Part shown: piece by piece, positions 1-13,767 of the stretch
How positions within the stretch are numbered: the stretch's first letter is position 1
Layout of the letters: each line of letters starts with the position of its first letter
From: Octopus sinensis
Lineage: Eukaryota
DNA length: 64,000 bases
Assembly (NCBI RefSeq): GCF_006345805.1
Contig: NC_042997.1
Span: 180,730,001 to 180,794,000, forward strand
Reading direction: 5' to 3'
The notes under the pieces: model-generated
What the model was told of the DNA's origin: nothing
Seen by the model: only the letters and a program-made list of their open reading frames with translations
Database searches by the model: none
Program-made: the position numbers and the translations under genes

Positions 1-330
1 CAGAGTCACAACAGAACCAGCATAAAGATAAAGAATACTTGTGGAACATTCCAAATAAAAAAAGCACAAACTTTATATGAACACAAGAGACTAGATATGG
101 TTCTTTGGGATTAGCGATACAAACCACAGACTGTTTAGATATCATATGGCCAAGTTGATATAAATGGGTCGTTAAAAATTGCAGAAAAGGAGAAATTTTA
201 TGGAACAGTAATGAGAAAATTACAGCATATATACGTAAGCTAAAGACTTCTATTTGAATTATTACCACCGGTGCAGTGGACAATGTGAAAATATATTTGC
301 ATAAAAACCGGAATTGTTGTGGTTCTCTAC
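1..330 (+). mobile_element. Decayed R4/Dong-like LINE, C-terminal restriction-like endonuclease (RLE) remnant
   Basis: Frameshifted translation gives EYLWNIP..HKRLDMVLWD..KIAEKEKFYGTVMRKLQHIY..IITTGAV. This resembles the RLE pattern (W..PI..HNRPD.V.WD..EK...Y..L..L..IIGALG), with stops. Confidence 0.65.
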
Positions 331-499
331 ATAAAAACAGAGCAAACTGATTCGCTCTTACCAAATGCAATGAATTTACTGTACAGTAAAATTATTAGCT
401 ATTCCACGATTCTACATTTGAGTTTGTAGGGTTGCTCACATGCACAGAGTGACATATGATCACACACACACATACATATATGAGTAGTAATACGGCACA

Positions 500-835
500 T
501 ACAACTATGTGAAGCCGCTGGAAACTGTGGTCAAAGCCTGACTGGAGACTATTGCTGTTGGAAAGACATATTTGTGGCAGCAGAATTCAGATCCTTACCA
601 TATCACAGGAAAGAGTCAGAGGTGGTTGTCGAAGAATTTCTGCAACTTCAGTACACCTGATTCTGGGCTTCTAAAGCCTTCGAATGTAATCCTATTGATT
701 ATTCTGTGTATAGTGCGGTTAAGAATGACACCAACCGCTCTGTCTGCAACGGCAAGGCCGAGTTGGCAGCCAAGATCAAGGAGGTATTTGAATATGTTTT
801 CCGAGATAGATTGAGAAAAACATGCGTATTCCTGG
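500..835 (+). mobile_element. Tc1/mariner (DD37D/maT-like) transposase C-terminal fragment
   Basis: YVKPLETVVK*LETIAVGKTYLWQQNSDPYH..WLSKNFC..CNPIDYSVYSAVKNDTN..KAELAAKIKEVF. Homologous to the 8.3-9.1 kb copy. Cut off by the LINE fragment at ~830. Confidence 0.8.
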
Positions 836-2545
836 TTTTGCAGTCTTCAAGGATCATTTTGTTTATCAGCAATTGGTCCTTGCATCCGTAGCTCCCTTTT
901 CGACAGCCTTTTTGTTCTGGTGGGTTGTTTTCTTCTAGGAACGTGTATGTTCTTTCAGTGATTACAGATGTTAATATTTTATACATTGTTGGTAGACAGG
1001 TGATTGGTCTATAGTTCTTTGGGTTTTCTCTGTCATTTGTTTTTGGTATTAGGTATGTCACTCCCTGTGTCAACCAGTCTGGGCTATTTTCTGGGTTTTT
1101 CATGACTTCGTTGTATGCTGATGGCATATCTCCATATATATGAACTAGCTGCTTGATCCAGAAGTTTGCTACAAGATCTATTCGCGGTGACTTCCAATTG
1201 CTGACCTTTTTCAGGGCCAGGGTGACCTCCTCCTTTTGAATATTTTCCCCTTCCTGTACTTCTTATTTTCCAGGGGTGTTTCTTATTCCTTAATCCATTC
1301 TGCATCTTCATTATATTGTTTTTCATTTTCCCATATCGTACTCCAGAAATTTTCCATATCCTCTTTCTTTGGCGGTTGCTCAACATCTATTTGTTGTTTA
1401 CCGAGTTTCCTGTCATTTTTTTTTTCCATTTTCTTTAAATAATTTGTTTTTTCTAAATTCTCTTTGTATCTCGTGACAGTCGTTGTGCCTTTGCTTGGAT
1501 TTTTTGCTTTAGGTTTTCTTTTGCTTCAGGTATTTCATTATTTTGCTTGATTCCATGCCTTTTGCATATTTTCTTGGCTTTTCTTTGGTTGACCTGGTTT
1601 CCGTTACCTGTTTCGGTCAGTATTGATAGGTCACCTCTCAGGCATTGTATATCCTTTTCTAAGTTTTCTTTCCATTTTGGTTGTCTTTTCTTCTGTTGAG
1701 CAGTTTTCCGTTTTAGTTTTATGCCTTTTGCTTCAGTAATAGCTGCAGCTGTAGCACAGGCTAGTTGGTTTAGCGATGTTATATTTAGTGGCTCTATCGT
1801 TGTTGATTTTATCTCATCTATTACATTATTGCCAATTTTAATCGACTCCTTCAGGTTCTTATCCATACTGACCTTTGGTAGGGGCTCTGTCTGTGATGTC
1901 TTGTGATTTTACCTGTTCCCATTTTCTCTGTATTTCTTCTTTTAGCTCCAAATATTTCTTCCTATCCATGTCACTGTTTCGTGCTATTGGTTGTTTTACA
2001 GATTCTTCTATCTCATTACCCACAGAGGGCTCCTCAAATACATCCTCTTCTTGGTTTTCTGTAGTCCCTATTTCTATTTAATTTCTATTTGGTGCTATAC
2101 GGTGAGATCTGTTGACTTTTACTTTTATTTCTTCCAGCTCAGTGTCTGTGAGACTCCTGTTTTTAATGCTATCTCTTCGGACATCCCCTAACTTGTTGGG
2201 ATCCATCTTTAACCTTGAAGTTGGATTTTGTTGTTTCCATAATTGATAAGTCCTTTTTGTCGTGTTATCTTCTGATGATGTGACCACCGCCGTGTAGTAT
2301 GTTTCCATTACTAGTTTATACTCTTCCTGATTCCATTTAGTACTCGAGTTTTTGTGTGTAGTATGGCTTTCATCGATGGGGCTCCGGTTGAGGTTTTCCT
2401 CGGTTAAGTTGCCCACAGCTGTCCGAGAGTGGGTAGAGTTCGAACCAACTTTTCGCTCCCAGCCTGACTTATCACTAGGGGGCGCGCTTTTTGTTGACCC
2501 GCGAGACAAGCGATGGGGTTTGGGTTGTTTTTTATTGACTTTATT
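828..2545 (-). mobile_element. Decayed R4/Dong-like LINE, N-terminal region through early reverse transcriptase, 3'-truncated
   Basis: ORFs 2078-2764, 1453-1866, 1084-1386 and 699-1127 give KWNQEEYKLVMETYY..ELEEIK, then QKIQAKAQRLSR, then WLTQGVTYLIPK..NYRPITCLPTMYKILT..EQKGCRKGSYGCKDQLLINKMILEDCK (early RT subdomains). Confidence 0.9.
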
Positions 2546-2750
2546 GTAGGTCACGACTGGTATGGCTAAAGCATTGATCGCTTCGATCCTGTTTCTCGCA
2601 TTCAGCTCTGTCTTGAGTACTGCTCTTACTCTGCGATAACATTCTCTCCTGATCCTTTCCTTCATCACAGAATGCCTTATTCCGTCCCCTTCAACTACCC
2701 CTAGGTACTTGTAGCTCTCCGCTGGGTCTAATTCTGGGTCTATACTGCTG
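2546..2750 (-). mobile_element. R4/Dong-like LINE post-RT (thumb) fragment
   Basis: ESYKYLGVVEGDGIRHSVMKERIRRECYRRVRAVLKTELNARNRIEAINALAIPVVTY is the typical post-RT segment of this clade. Confidence 0.85.
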
Positions 2751-2857
2751 GTCAAGGTTAACATTAGATGTTTCAGTCATTTTTTTTTATAAAGGTAGCT
2801 TTTGCACATTTATCGAGGCCAAGTTGCATTCTAATGTCATTACTGAATTATTATTAT

Positions 2858-2882
2858 TCTTTTTCTTCTTCTTCTTCTTCTT

Positions 2883-2913
<31 letters not shown>

Positions 2914-2945
2914 TTCTTATTATTATTATTATTATTATTATTATT
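2858..2945 (+). repeat. (TTC)n/(TTA)n compound microsatellite
   Basis: Directly visible. Confidence 0.95.
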
Positions 2946-3491
2946 GAGTGAGAGAGCAGTTCATGCCATCAAAGTGACACTGGGGTAAAATATACGAAGC
3001 CCAATATACCCATCATGACTACCTGTCTGATAAGGGTACACCAGGCACATGCATCACAACCATATGTGCACGACATGGTGATCTCATATCAAGATAAACA
3101 GCACATGACCTTGCAGGTGGGGCCCAGTTAGAAATTTCTTCAGGTTGAGTAGCCCATCCCGCTCAAAAGGTCCCTGAATAAGGGTTGTTTAAGGATGTTG
3201 AAAGAACCATTCATGTTTCCAGAGGTGAATTATTCAAACCCCAAAGAATCCCTCTCAACACATGGCTATGATGCTCCCCCACTACTTCTGCTCGTGATCA
3301 GAGATGCACATATCGTCAGCCACTAAGGGACATGCTCAACTGGTTAATGTCAAACAACCGACAAGCAAATATGTGGTATTGAGCAGAATATTTGCTGTAG
3401 CCCATCTTTTATACCAAGACAAAACAATGTACATGATAACACTTCCAAGATCAGAAGCCATCAGAGCCACTGCCTGGTACTGCATCAGGGC

Positions 3492-3492
<1 letters not shown>
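2946..3492 (-). mobile_element. ~545-bp non-coding interspersed element embedded in (TAA)n repeats
   Basis: Complex, higher-GC sequence with sharp boundaries against TTA repeats on both sides; no TIRs and no credible ORF. Confidence 0.55.
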
Positions 3493-3609
<117 letters not shown>

Positions 3610-5379
3610 TTCCTTCTTTCTTCAAATTTTCTTCCATTTCTCGCAAGTAAAACAGTCTGACTGCGCCCCATGCAACTTAAAGTTTTGTAGGCTTCTTACA
3701 GAAAACTAGCCGCCGCGCTCAGTGGGCCAAATGAAAAGATACAGCAATTCCTAGACTGCAACTGGAAAATGGGGTGCTGTTGGTTAAGGCAACTTACGTA
3801 GTGTTATTAGAAGTGAGGTTTGCATTCCGGCAAGACCAAATACATTAAGGGAAGAATTTCTTGAACCGTGAATCTGGACTGCTCTTTTATGGGACTTACG
3901 GGACAACAAATAGATGGCCGGAAGGGCGTGTGTGTGTATATAGTAGCTGTATGAGTGGGTAGATGTGTGCGTCTGATGTCTATGCGTGTGTATCTGCTAT
4001 GCTTGTGTGTAGTCGGGTCGCATGCGTGTTTCAGCTGGTGCGCGAGTGAGAGCTGATGGCATTAGCTCGTTGTCGCGTATGTGCGTGCTAGCTAAGGCGG
4101 CGTACGTATGGGTACATGTGTGCATCGGCTATGTGTGATTACTAGCGTGGGAGAATGTGGATGTATGCAACAGCTGTGTAAATAATCTGCGTGTGTACCA
4201 GCTGTATGTATGTGTATGTGTGTGTGAGAGTGTATATATGCGAATACATGAGCGTTAGTGCCTGTTGTATATGCGTATGTGCGCGTACGTGCTTAAGATG
4301 CGTGTATAGGTGTTTGTGCGTATGAATGATTAATGAACATGGGTATGTACATTCCTGTATTTATAAGTGTAGGTATGAATGTTAGCGTGTTTGTTTGCAA
4401 GAAAATATATCCGTACGTATGTGTTTTTTATCTGATGTGTGCTTGTTTATATATATACATAGTATGCTCTTGATACTTATGAGTGCAAGCATTACTAGTG
4501 TATGCTAGTATGGTTGTTACAGCGTTGCCCAACGGTAGTGATGGAATTTAGCGTTGGATTGAGATTTGTTAATGCTAGAGGAAGAAATAAAAAGAGTAAA
4601 CACAAACTACATAGATATACATAGGTGTATGCGTTGATGCGCATATCTACGTATATGGAGACGAACGTAGGACGTTACGGGAGAAGTATAAGTTTATAAG
4701 GTCGGTAGATGTCGGTGGTTGAGAACCCTGTCCTTGGATGTGGAGCAGCCAGTTTTGAGATGCAGTCATATATATATATATGGGAAAATAGGAAGTATAA
4801 TACACTTTCCCTCGTAACAATTTTCTGCTACAGAACCTGCAATTTCAAGAAGTATATGTTTCTCTTCAAATCGTTTTAGAAATCAGACTCCCTCTGTAAA
4901 CAATAGTCGTATGACGCTGACTATAAAATTACGGGTTGCTTCAGACTTAAATTCCAGTCCGGTTTCAATAGTTATCATTACATTTATGAATGATTTCTAT
5001 ATTAAAGTAGACAACGCATATCTGATCAGGGGTTGCAATAGGTTGGGAAGAGCCTTTTGAATACGGTACACTATGTGCATTCTTGCACAATATTATTGTG
5101 GTTTTTATTACTGACCACTGATTGATTTTATACTATTTTATGAAAGGAATTTAAGACTTGGCTTTGAGATGGCTTTTCATTGTGTTAATTATGGTGCAAC
5201 AGTTTGAATTATGATACGAGAGTGTAAGGTCTAGAATTTGTAGGAGTTTACTGTGTTAATTGCATGTGCTTCAAAAGAAAGAGAGAGGGATATATAATAT
5301 TGTGATTTTGTTACCATCAGTAATGGCATCCGTGAAATAACAACAGACAAAAGATTGCTATGTCTCCATTAGACAATGT

Positions 5380-5414
5380 TTCTGAAATATGTTTCTGAAA
5401 TATGTTTCTGAAAT
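5380..5414 (+). repeat. 13-bp tandem triplication (GTTTCTGAAATAT)x3
   Basis: Directly visible. Confidence 0.9.
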
Positions 5415-6227
5415 ACTGGTTGGCGGGATATAATGTGGCGTGAATAATGGCTTCATTTTTGTGACAGCCAATAAACCATTAATGCTCATGGTGAAACAGC
5501 GGAGGGTCCTCAAACAGATTACCTGCTGCGATTTTGTTTAGATGAATCAACTCATCATTAATAGAAATAATAGATCATGCATATTTAATTTGACACCGCA
5601 AGTAGAAAATTCATGATGATGTTATTTGTTCTCAATGTTCCAGATTAGATAGATGCTTAAGTATGAATGCTTTACCTTATGTTCAACTGTTTTGATTAAG
5701 ATATATAGGTGTGTTTAAATTTTTTTTCGAAACTGTATGTTTTAGGATTCAGTCAAAGTATTCCATACATCTGGTGACTTATAGTATTATATCGGTCGCA
5801 CTAATAGTTTGCGAATGAAACTCCTGGGTTGAATTCGTGTGGAAAATCGCACACAGAATCACACACAATTTCACACACAAACGCACACAAACACACGCAC
5901 ATACATGCACGCACACTTTAACACTCACACATACACAGACATTCGCGTGCACACACACACACAAACATGTTCGCGCAAACAGCATGACGCAGCATCACCC
6001 CAAACACACACAAAATCTCTACACACGTACACACCCAGAAACAAACATGGGATCTACTACTAAAACTGATTCACAAAATCAGCCCCTTTAAATTTATTCA
6101 GATTGCTTTCAGTTTTGGTGTATAGATGCAACTCTGAATTTTGTTTAGAATCAACCAATTATTTTATCTCGTAAATTAAAGAATCTGATGTTATTTGGAA
6201 CTAAAGTTGAAAAAATTGGGTAATTAC

Positions 6228-6275
6228 AGCCAATCAACAGACAATGATGCATTACAAGCTTGTTACCATGACAAC
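6228..6275 (+). promoter_or_regulatory. Candidate NF-Y CCAAT box plus RFX X-box
   Basis: AGCCAATCA at 6228-6236; GTTACCATGACAAC at 6262-6275 matches the X-box consensus GTHNYYATRRNAAC. Confidence 0.4.
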
Positions 6276-6531
6276 CGCACGTTGTGTTGTGTTTCACTTC
6301 ACCTGCAGATTGTGTGGTGTTTCACTTCACCCTCACGTTGTGTTGTGTTGATTCTTCACACCACGAGATTTACTTCACCCGCGTGTTTTGTTTTAATAAA
6401 ATTTATGTTTATCAATTAGAATTTTATTATATATATTTTTTCGTCAATTGTTTTAATAGTTTACTTATTTTTCATATATATTTTTCATTTATTTTGTGAA
6501 GTTTTTTCTGTGTTTACATTCGTTGCAACGA

Positions 6532-7986
6532 ATGCCTTTCAGCTTAAACCCAGGTCAGGTAAGAATGGGCCATTCTGTATTTTATTTTCATTGAAGATGT
6601 AGGACAACATTATTTTATCACATAAACAACATCATTCGGCTTATATTATTTCGCTGATAGTCCATTCCACTGCAAAATAATCTCAAAAATTTGAAGGCAG
6701 AAAAACAAGGTGAGTAAACATAATAATAAGCATCAATTGTTTACAACCTGTACTCATTGTTTGCACTGTTAGAATTTGATCGACTGAACATTGAATAATT
6801 AACTCAGATTTCTATGAAGACAATTTGTCTCTAGAGAACCTATTATTTGCGCAGAAAAAATATTACTAAAAAAGAACAGCATATTTCACAGACGCTAAAT
6901 TATAAATTTCACAGTGTACAACCTTAAAGTTCACGACACGAAAACCTTAAAGTTGACACAGCTAAACATAAAAATTTTTATTCTCGCTATTGGTTAAAAA
7001 TACAGAGTTTGTACGATTTTTATATCTCTGTGACATTTTCCTCCAATTTCTTTCTCCACATCATCATTCCTTCATAGCAATATGAGTGAAAAACTACATT
7101 AATATAGACGATTTTCAGATTTTTTAACCTTCCTTTCTAAAAATGCACACACACGCATGCATACATACTTACAAACATACATACACATACATGTAGAGAT
7201 TGGAATGTGTGTGTGTACGCGTGTATGAGTGGTTGTGTGCGGGCGTATTGTGCGTGCGTGTGTGTTCTTCTTTGTGGTCGTTAATCAGAAAATTCTTGAA
7301 AAGTATGATGCAAGTTGTTTACGAGCTTGAAACTCAGTTGTTGAACAAAAGGAAACGTAATAATTGCTAGACATTAAAAACAAACGTTATGGTAAATTTG
7401 ACCGATTAAAACCTTTCCATGGGGTATCCTGGCTTATACGCGAATTAACGATACAATCAAATATTTAAAAGACAAGCTAAGAATTAATTGTTAGAATATT
7501 TCATTTATTAGAAAGGGGCAAGCTGGCAGAATCGAGGTTGAAATTCCGCCGAGGTTGACTTTACCGTTCTTCTTTCGGGGTCGATAAAATAATTAAGTAC
7601 CAGTTAAAGTACTGAGGTCAATATAATCGCCTTACCTCATCTCACGAAACTGCTGTCCTTGTGCATAAATTTGAAACCAATATTTCATTTAACGTCCGCA
7701 AACTCTGTAGATGTAAACCAATGAAGAGTGCCGGAGTAGATATGAACTAGGTAACAGTATGAAACAGCAAGAAAAGTGAACAAATGAACAGAAATATTAC
7801 GGACATACTATTAAAAACAAATTCTACCAACTTATCACGAATTTTGACATATTAGAAATAAAACCTAACAGCGAATTCCAGTGAATTTTGTTGGTCTTGT
7901 CAGAATATTTTATTATTTTTATCTCAGATTTTGAATATGCTCTTAAATTCAACACCAGTTACGAAGCTGTAATGCAATATCTCCAA
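6532..7986 (+). CDS. Candidate first exons of an unidentified host gene (6532-6558, 6661-6709, 7928-7986)
   Basis: ATG, canonical GT-AG junctions (CAG|GTAAGA, GATAG|, AAG|GTGAGT, TCTCAG|, CAA|GTATTT) and compatible phases give MPFSLNPGQSIPLQNNLKNLKAEKQDFEYALKFNTSYEAVMQYLQ. No protein recognised. Confidence 0.25.
7517..7682 (+). mobile_element. SINE family A (tRNA-derived), internally deleted copy
   Basis: GCTGGCAGAATCG head and the CTTTCGGGGTCGATAAAATAATTAAGTACCAG central domain are shared with the copies at 50289, 55379, etc. Confidence 0.75.
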
Positions 7987-8339
7987 GTATTTCTTTTACT
8001 GTGTGCTATTTAATGTGGACTTTCTTTCATCAACTCTATGACCAGGTGGTCAGATTGGTCCAGTTAGTACAGCAATAAACTATGTTCGCTGGTATTTCTT
8101 GGAATACCATTTCACTTTGATGTCATTAGTGTGATATTTTCTTTATTGTCTTCGATTTGCTTCTTTGTTAGTTTAAAATACTGCAGTCTTACAGAACTTA
8201 TCCTTACCGTGCTACCTTTTCATTTCAAGAAATATAATTACCAAGAGCATTTGCACACACACACTCACACACACACACACACACACATATATATACATAC
8301 ATACATACATACATACATACATACATACATACATACATA

Positions 8340-9150
8340 CATGGTGTGATGAGTAAATTGCCGCCATGTTATATTCTTAATTTCGTGCATGCGCATTGTT
8401 TCCTTTGAATTTGGTCGACTACACAGTATAGTAGGATCAGGTGGACAGCGTCTGTGAGAAAACAACACCATGACGCAATTCACTCTGCCAGATATTTGAA
8501 AACGATATGCTGTACTGCTTGGCATTTGCTCTGGAAGCTGCAATGCGAACATTTCAGAGTTTTGGGATGTCAATCAGAGGACAGTGCCAGTATCGAGAGA
8601 TTAAGATCAAAATCCAGACATCATGGTGTTTGGAGTGATCACTAGTGATGGTGACCTTATGCCTTCATTCATCTTCCCACGCGGCTTCAGACTCAAAACG
8701 GAGGCCTACATCAAGTGACTGGAGGAGGTAGTGTTACCCTGGGTCAAGAGGTTGGCTCCTGGAAGACCCTATGTCTGGCAACAGGACTCTGCACCATGCC
8801 ACACAAGAAGGAGAACTCAGTCATGGTTGTCAGACAATTTCTGCGACCACATCACCCCTAACTCCCCAGATTGCAACACCTTTGATTATTATGTGCGGAG
8901 CACAGTTGAGCGAGAGACCAACACAATTCCTTGTAACACCTAAGATCAACCGAGGGCAAGGATTATAGCAGCATTCCCCAACATAAACAAGGAGGCCGTC
9001 CAGGAGAGTTGCAGATTTTGAAGTTGTCTGGAGGCCGTGATTGACGCCAATGTCGATTTTATTGAATAAATCTTCTCTTAGGTATTTCAAGATAGCTTTA
9101 TGTAATTTTGGTAAATATATCTGTTAAACTGAGCTGTTAGTGTTATCTTA
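8340..9150 (+). mobile_element. Internally deleted Tc1/mariner DD37D-like element
   Basis: Putative 5' end CATGGTGTGATGAGTAAATT follows an (ATAC)n tract. N-terminus MTQFTLP..NQRTV jumps to IMVFGVITSDGD..WQQDSAPCH..SPDCNTFDYY. D-D spacing is 32 here, consistent with 37 minus an apparent IWPPN-type deletion. No 3' TIR seen. Confidence 0.85.
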
Positions 9151-9569
9151 CATGTTAATTCAAGAACAGATAATTTAGTTGAGTGAAGATTAAATTCCAA
9201 GTTAAGAATATTTGAATATCAAGCAATGACTTTGTTGTGTATCTCTAAGTATGTTGCTATATTCTGTAAGTAACCGAATACCTATGTCTACAGTTTGTTT
9301 TTTTTTACTTATTTTGGTTAATTTTATTAATACATGAAATGGTGGGTGACATTAAATAAACTTATACATAAACAATATCATTAATACATTACTTGCTTTA
9401 TGTTAAAAGTCGTTCACATGGTTGCTTTCTCAATTTTAACATATACGTGTTACTCCTAATTACTCCTAAAAATTGAAAATCTTTCGTGCAAACTACACCA
9501 CAAAAATATAATTTAAATATACCTTATATATGTATATAATATAAAACTTGTATAACTCAATATCCTAAA

Positions 9570-10435
<866 letters not shown>

Positions 10436-11091
10436 ATATACATATATTATATATATACACATTCTCCTTATCACATTTTTTCTGAAAATCTAATTCAATC
10501 TTCGCACCAAACTATTATTCACTAGAGATACACTTACTTTTAGATTTTCAATAGTTTACTACATTCAAGGCCCTTAATAGCAATATTGATTTCATATGAG
10601 TCTTTGTCATTCCTTGTGCCTGAATCAGAAAGCAATATTTTAGTTTTCTAACGTATGTTATAAAAACAAAAGAAATTTCTTCTGAAAATTCTCCAATGAA
10701 TTCTAAAGCGTTGAACTTAAATTAGATGTCTAGTGAAAAGTTTATAATGTGGTTATAGGTGCGCATAAATTATACTAATAAGAATTTTAAGTGCATTTTT
10801 TGCATAAGCGTTTTTGACCTTCTAACTACATTGCGTGCAAAATAAAGGAATATTTTTAACAAGGGCTAAGATACTGATGTATGCCTTCCAGTTATATACA
10901 GCTCGTGTGATTATTTATTCGTGTACATATTCATAATTCCTTGATGGTTATGTTAGTATATATGTGGGTAATTCGAATCTACATATAACACTGAACCCAC
11001 TATGTCATATGTACATGTGGACTTGATATAAAATATACTTTTAATTTCTAATACGTAGTGAGTACGTTTTTTTTCCAACAGTTAACACTAA

Positions 11092-11134
<43 letters not shown>

Positions 11135-11140
11135 ATATAT

Positions 11141-11525
11141 TATATTAACTTAGAGACAAAACCACTATTAGGCAAATCATACAATGAAAAACTTAAGCTA
11201 ATACATAAGATTATTTAATTTATATTATTTAAATATATAACAAAATTATTTTAAAAAATATAATTAATATAACACTACGATCGTTTCATTGAGTTCATTG
11301 TTTAAACCTCGCCAAGATAAATATTTAAACCACCTGATGAATGACTGTAACTCGAAAATTTAAAGAAATTAACAGCCATGAAACGATCGTAGTGTTATAT
11401 TAATTATATTTTTTTAATAATTTTGTTATATATTTAAATAATATAAATTAAATAATCTTATGTATTGGCTTAAGTTTTTCATTGTATGATTTTCCTAATA
11501 GTGGTTTTGTCTCTAATTTAATATA
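11141..11525. repeat. Fold-back element: ~148-bp inverted arms, ~88-bp spacer
   Basis: Arms 11141-11289 and 11378-11525 are reverse complements with a few mismatches. Confidence 0.9.
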
Positions 11526-11612
11526 ATATAATATTTTACTATAAAATTGGATTCATCCTAAATCTGATTTTTCCCTGTAAGTTTGGATTTATTCCCTAAT
11601 ATCTATTATTAT

Positions 11613-11683
<71 letters not shown>

Positions 11684-11944
11684 TACGTATATATGAATTA
11701 GAGGTTAGACAACCATCTAAGGGATAATAAATATCCAATATGCTACTGGATGTATACCTATATATATCCAAATGCTTACTATTTTAAGGCAATAGTGCAA
11801 TTAAATATTTCATATGTGTAGAGGTAAACAAAATTTTAACCAGAATTTATAAGGCAAGGAAGAAAATGGAGAAGATAATTAATTGAGAAACAGCAGCTAG
11901 ATCCATTTATTAATTAATTACAATAATATGAATAAATAAATAAA

Positions 11945-12176
11945 TAAATAAATAAATAAGAATAAATGAATGAATATAACCCTACTCTTACAGCTGTTTC
12001 TAGTTTGGGAGTCCAGATTGCCAAAGATGACACATCATACCAAAATTATACCAAGATTATACAATCTTTGTATAATCTTTGTATGATGTGTTAATTTCAC
12101 CATGCTGGGCCTCCAAAGTAGAAACAACTGTAAGAGTAGAGTTATAATCACTAATTTATTCTTATTTATTTATTCA
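11945..12176. repeat. Imperfect fold-back hairpin (MITE-like)
   Basis: AATAAGAATAAAT..TACTCTTACAGCTGTTTC vs GAAACAACTGTAAGAGTA..ATTTATTCTTATT, with inner ACACATCATAC/GTATGATGTGT. Confidence 0.75.
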
Positions 12177-12252
12177 TATGATTGTAATTAATTAATAAAT
12201 GGATCTAGCTGATGTTTGTCAATTACTTATCTTCTCCATTTTTTCCTTGCCT

Positions 12253-12326
<74 letters not shown>

Positions 12327-13049
12327 ATACTTTGTTAATAAAATTGCAAAGGCATCACAAAAACTGTTATTCAGAGTTTCACGTTCCCGTTCGTCGGACA
12401 GTTTTGGTTTAGAATGGAACAAGACATGGTTATATCCATAGATATACAATTACTTTGATAAATACACGTTTGAAAATGGTTTTGTTTCATTGGTCTTTTC
12501 AACTAGCGGCCTTTATAATGTATGAAATTAGAATTACAATTTAAAATCGCATTAATATACAAATCGAAGAAAACCTTAAATCAAAACTTAACTTCAGTAG
12601 AAGGAAAAAAACCTGTGTACCGAAAGTAAATTAATTAATGGTAGAAAAAATGAATTTAAATAAATTAAAAATATATGTCCGTTTCATTTATTTAAAGATA
12701 TGACTTTTCAATTTATTTAAATTTATCATTTTTACCATTAATTAATTTACCCTGGGTATACTGGTTTTTTTCTTCTAATAAATCTATTTTTCATTTAAGT
12801 TTTCCTTCGATTTTTATGATTTTAAATCATAATTGTGATTTCATATGACTGGTTATTGAAAAGACTGTTAATTGAAAGGACCAATGAAACAAAACCATTT
12901 TCAAATGTGTATCTATCAAAGTAATTGTATATTTATGCATATGACCATATCTTGTTCCATTGAAAGCCAAAACTGTCCGACGAACGGAAACGTAAAACTC
13001 TGAGTAACAGTTTTTAATGATGTCTTTATAACTTTATCAGTAAAGCATA
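12327..13049. repeat. Diverged long inverted repeat (~340-bp arms)
   Basis: For example CGTTCGTCGGACAGTTTTGG / CCAAAACTGTCCGACGAACG and TTGAAAATGGTTTTGTTTCATTGGTC / GACCAATGAAACAAAACCATTTTCAA; many substitutions and indels elsewhere. Confidence 0.85.
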
Positions 13050-13115
13050 TTACTTACCACCGGTATTCGAATACTATTTTTTCCAACATGTTTCACATTT
13101 ATGTACTTACCTTGG

Positions 13116-13180
<65 letters not shown>

Positions 13181-13736
13181 TTATATATACGCTCGTGTGT
13201 TTAGGTATATGTAGGTACGTAGAGTTATGTATGTGTGTATGTGTGTATGTATATGTACATATGTGTAAGTATGTGTATATATATATATATCTCTTATTAT
13301 ATAAGGCACATTTTATCTGCCTCCCTTTGGGAGTTATACAAATCTACAATATAGTATTTCTTCAATTACAATTTACCTAGCATTCTTAAGAGTACAATGC
13401 ATCGCGTCATGCCAGGTCCAGTTTTTAAAATTTAAACTCCAATTAAGCAAAATTTACAGAAAACTCACATTCTGGTGTGTGTGTCAAATGCTTTTCTTAG
13501 TCTGGTTTACACCACACGCAAACGCACACACACAGTGGGCAACGAATAAAATGAAAGTAAATAGCGACAGAGTGATTTGAGGAAGACTAAAGTGAAAGTA
13601 TTCTGTCTATGACGCTGAAAGATACATGAGTAAAATGTATGGGAAGCTAAGAGCTAAGAGTGAGTGAAAATGTTCTTGGAAGAGAGTAATTAGTAATAAA
13701 GTAAACATACACTCATACATACATACATACATACAT

Positions 13737-13767
<31 letters not shown>

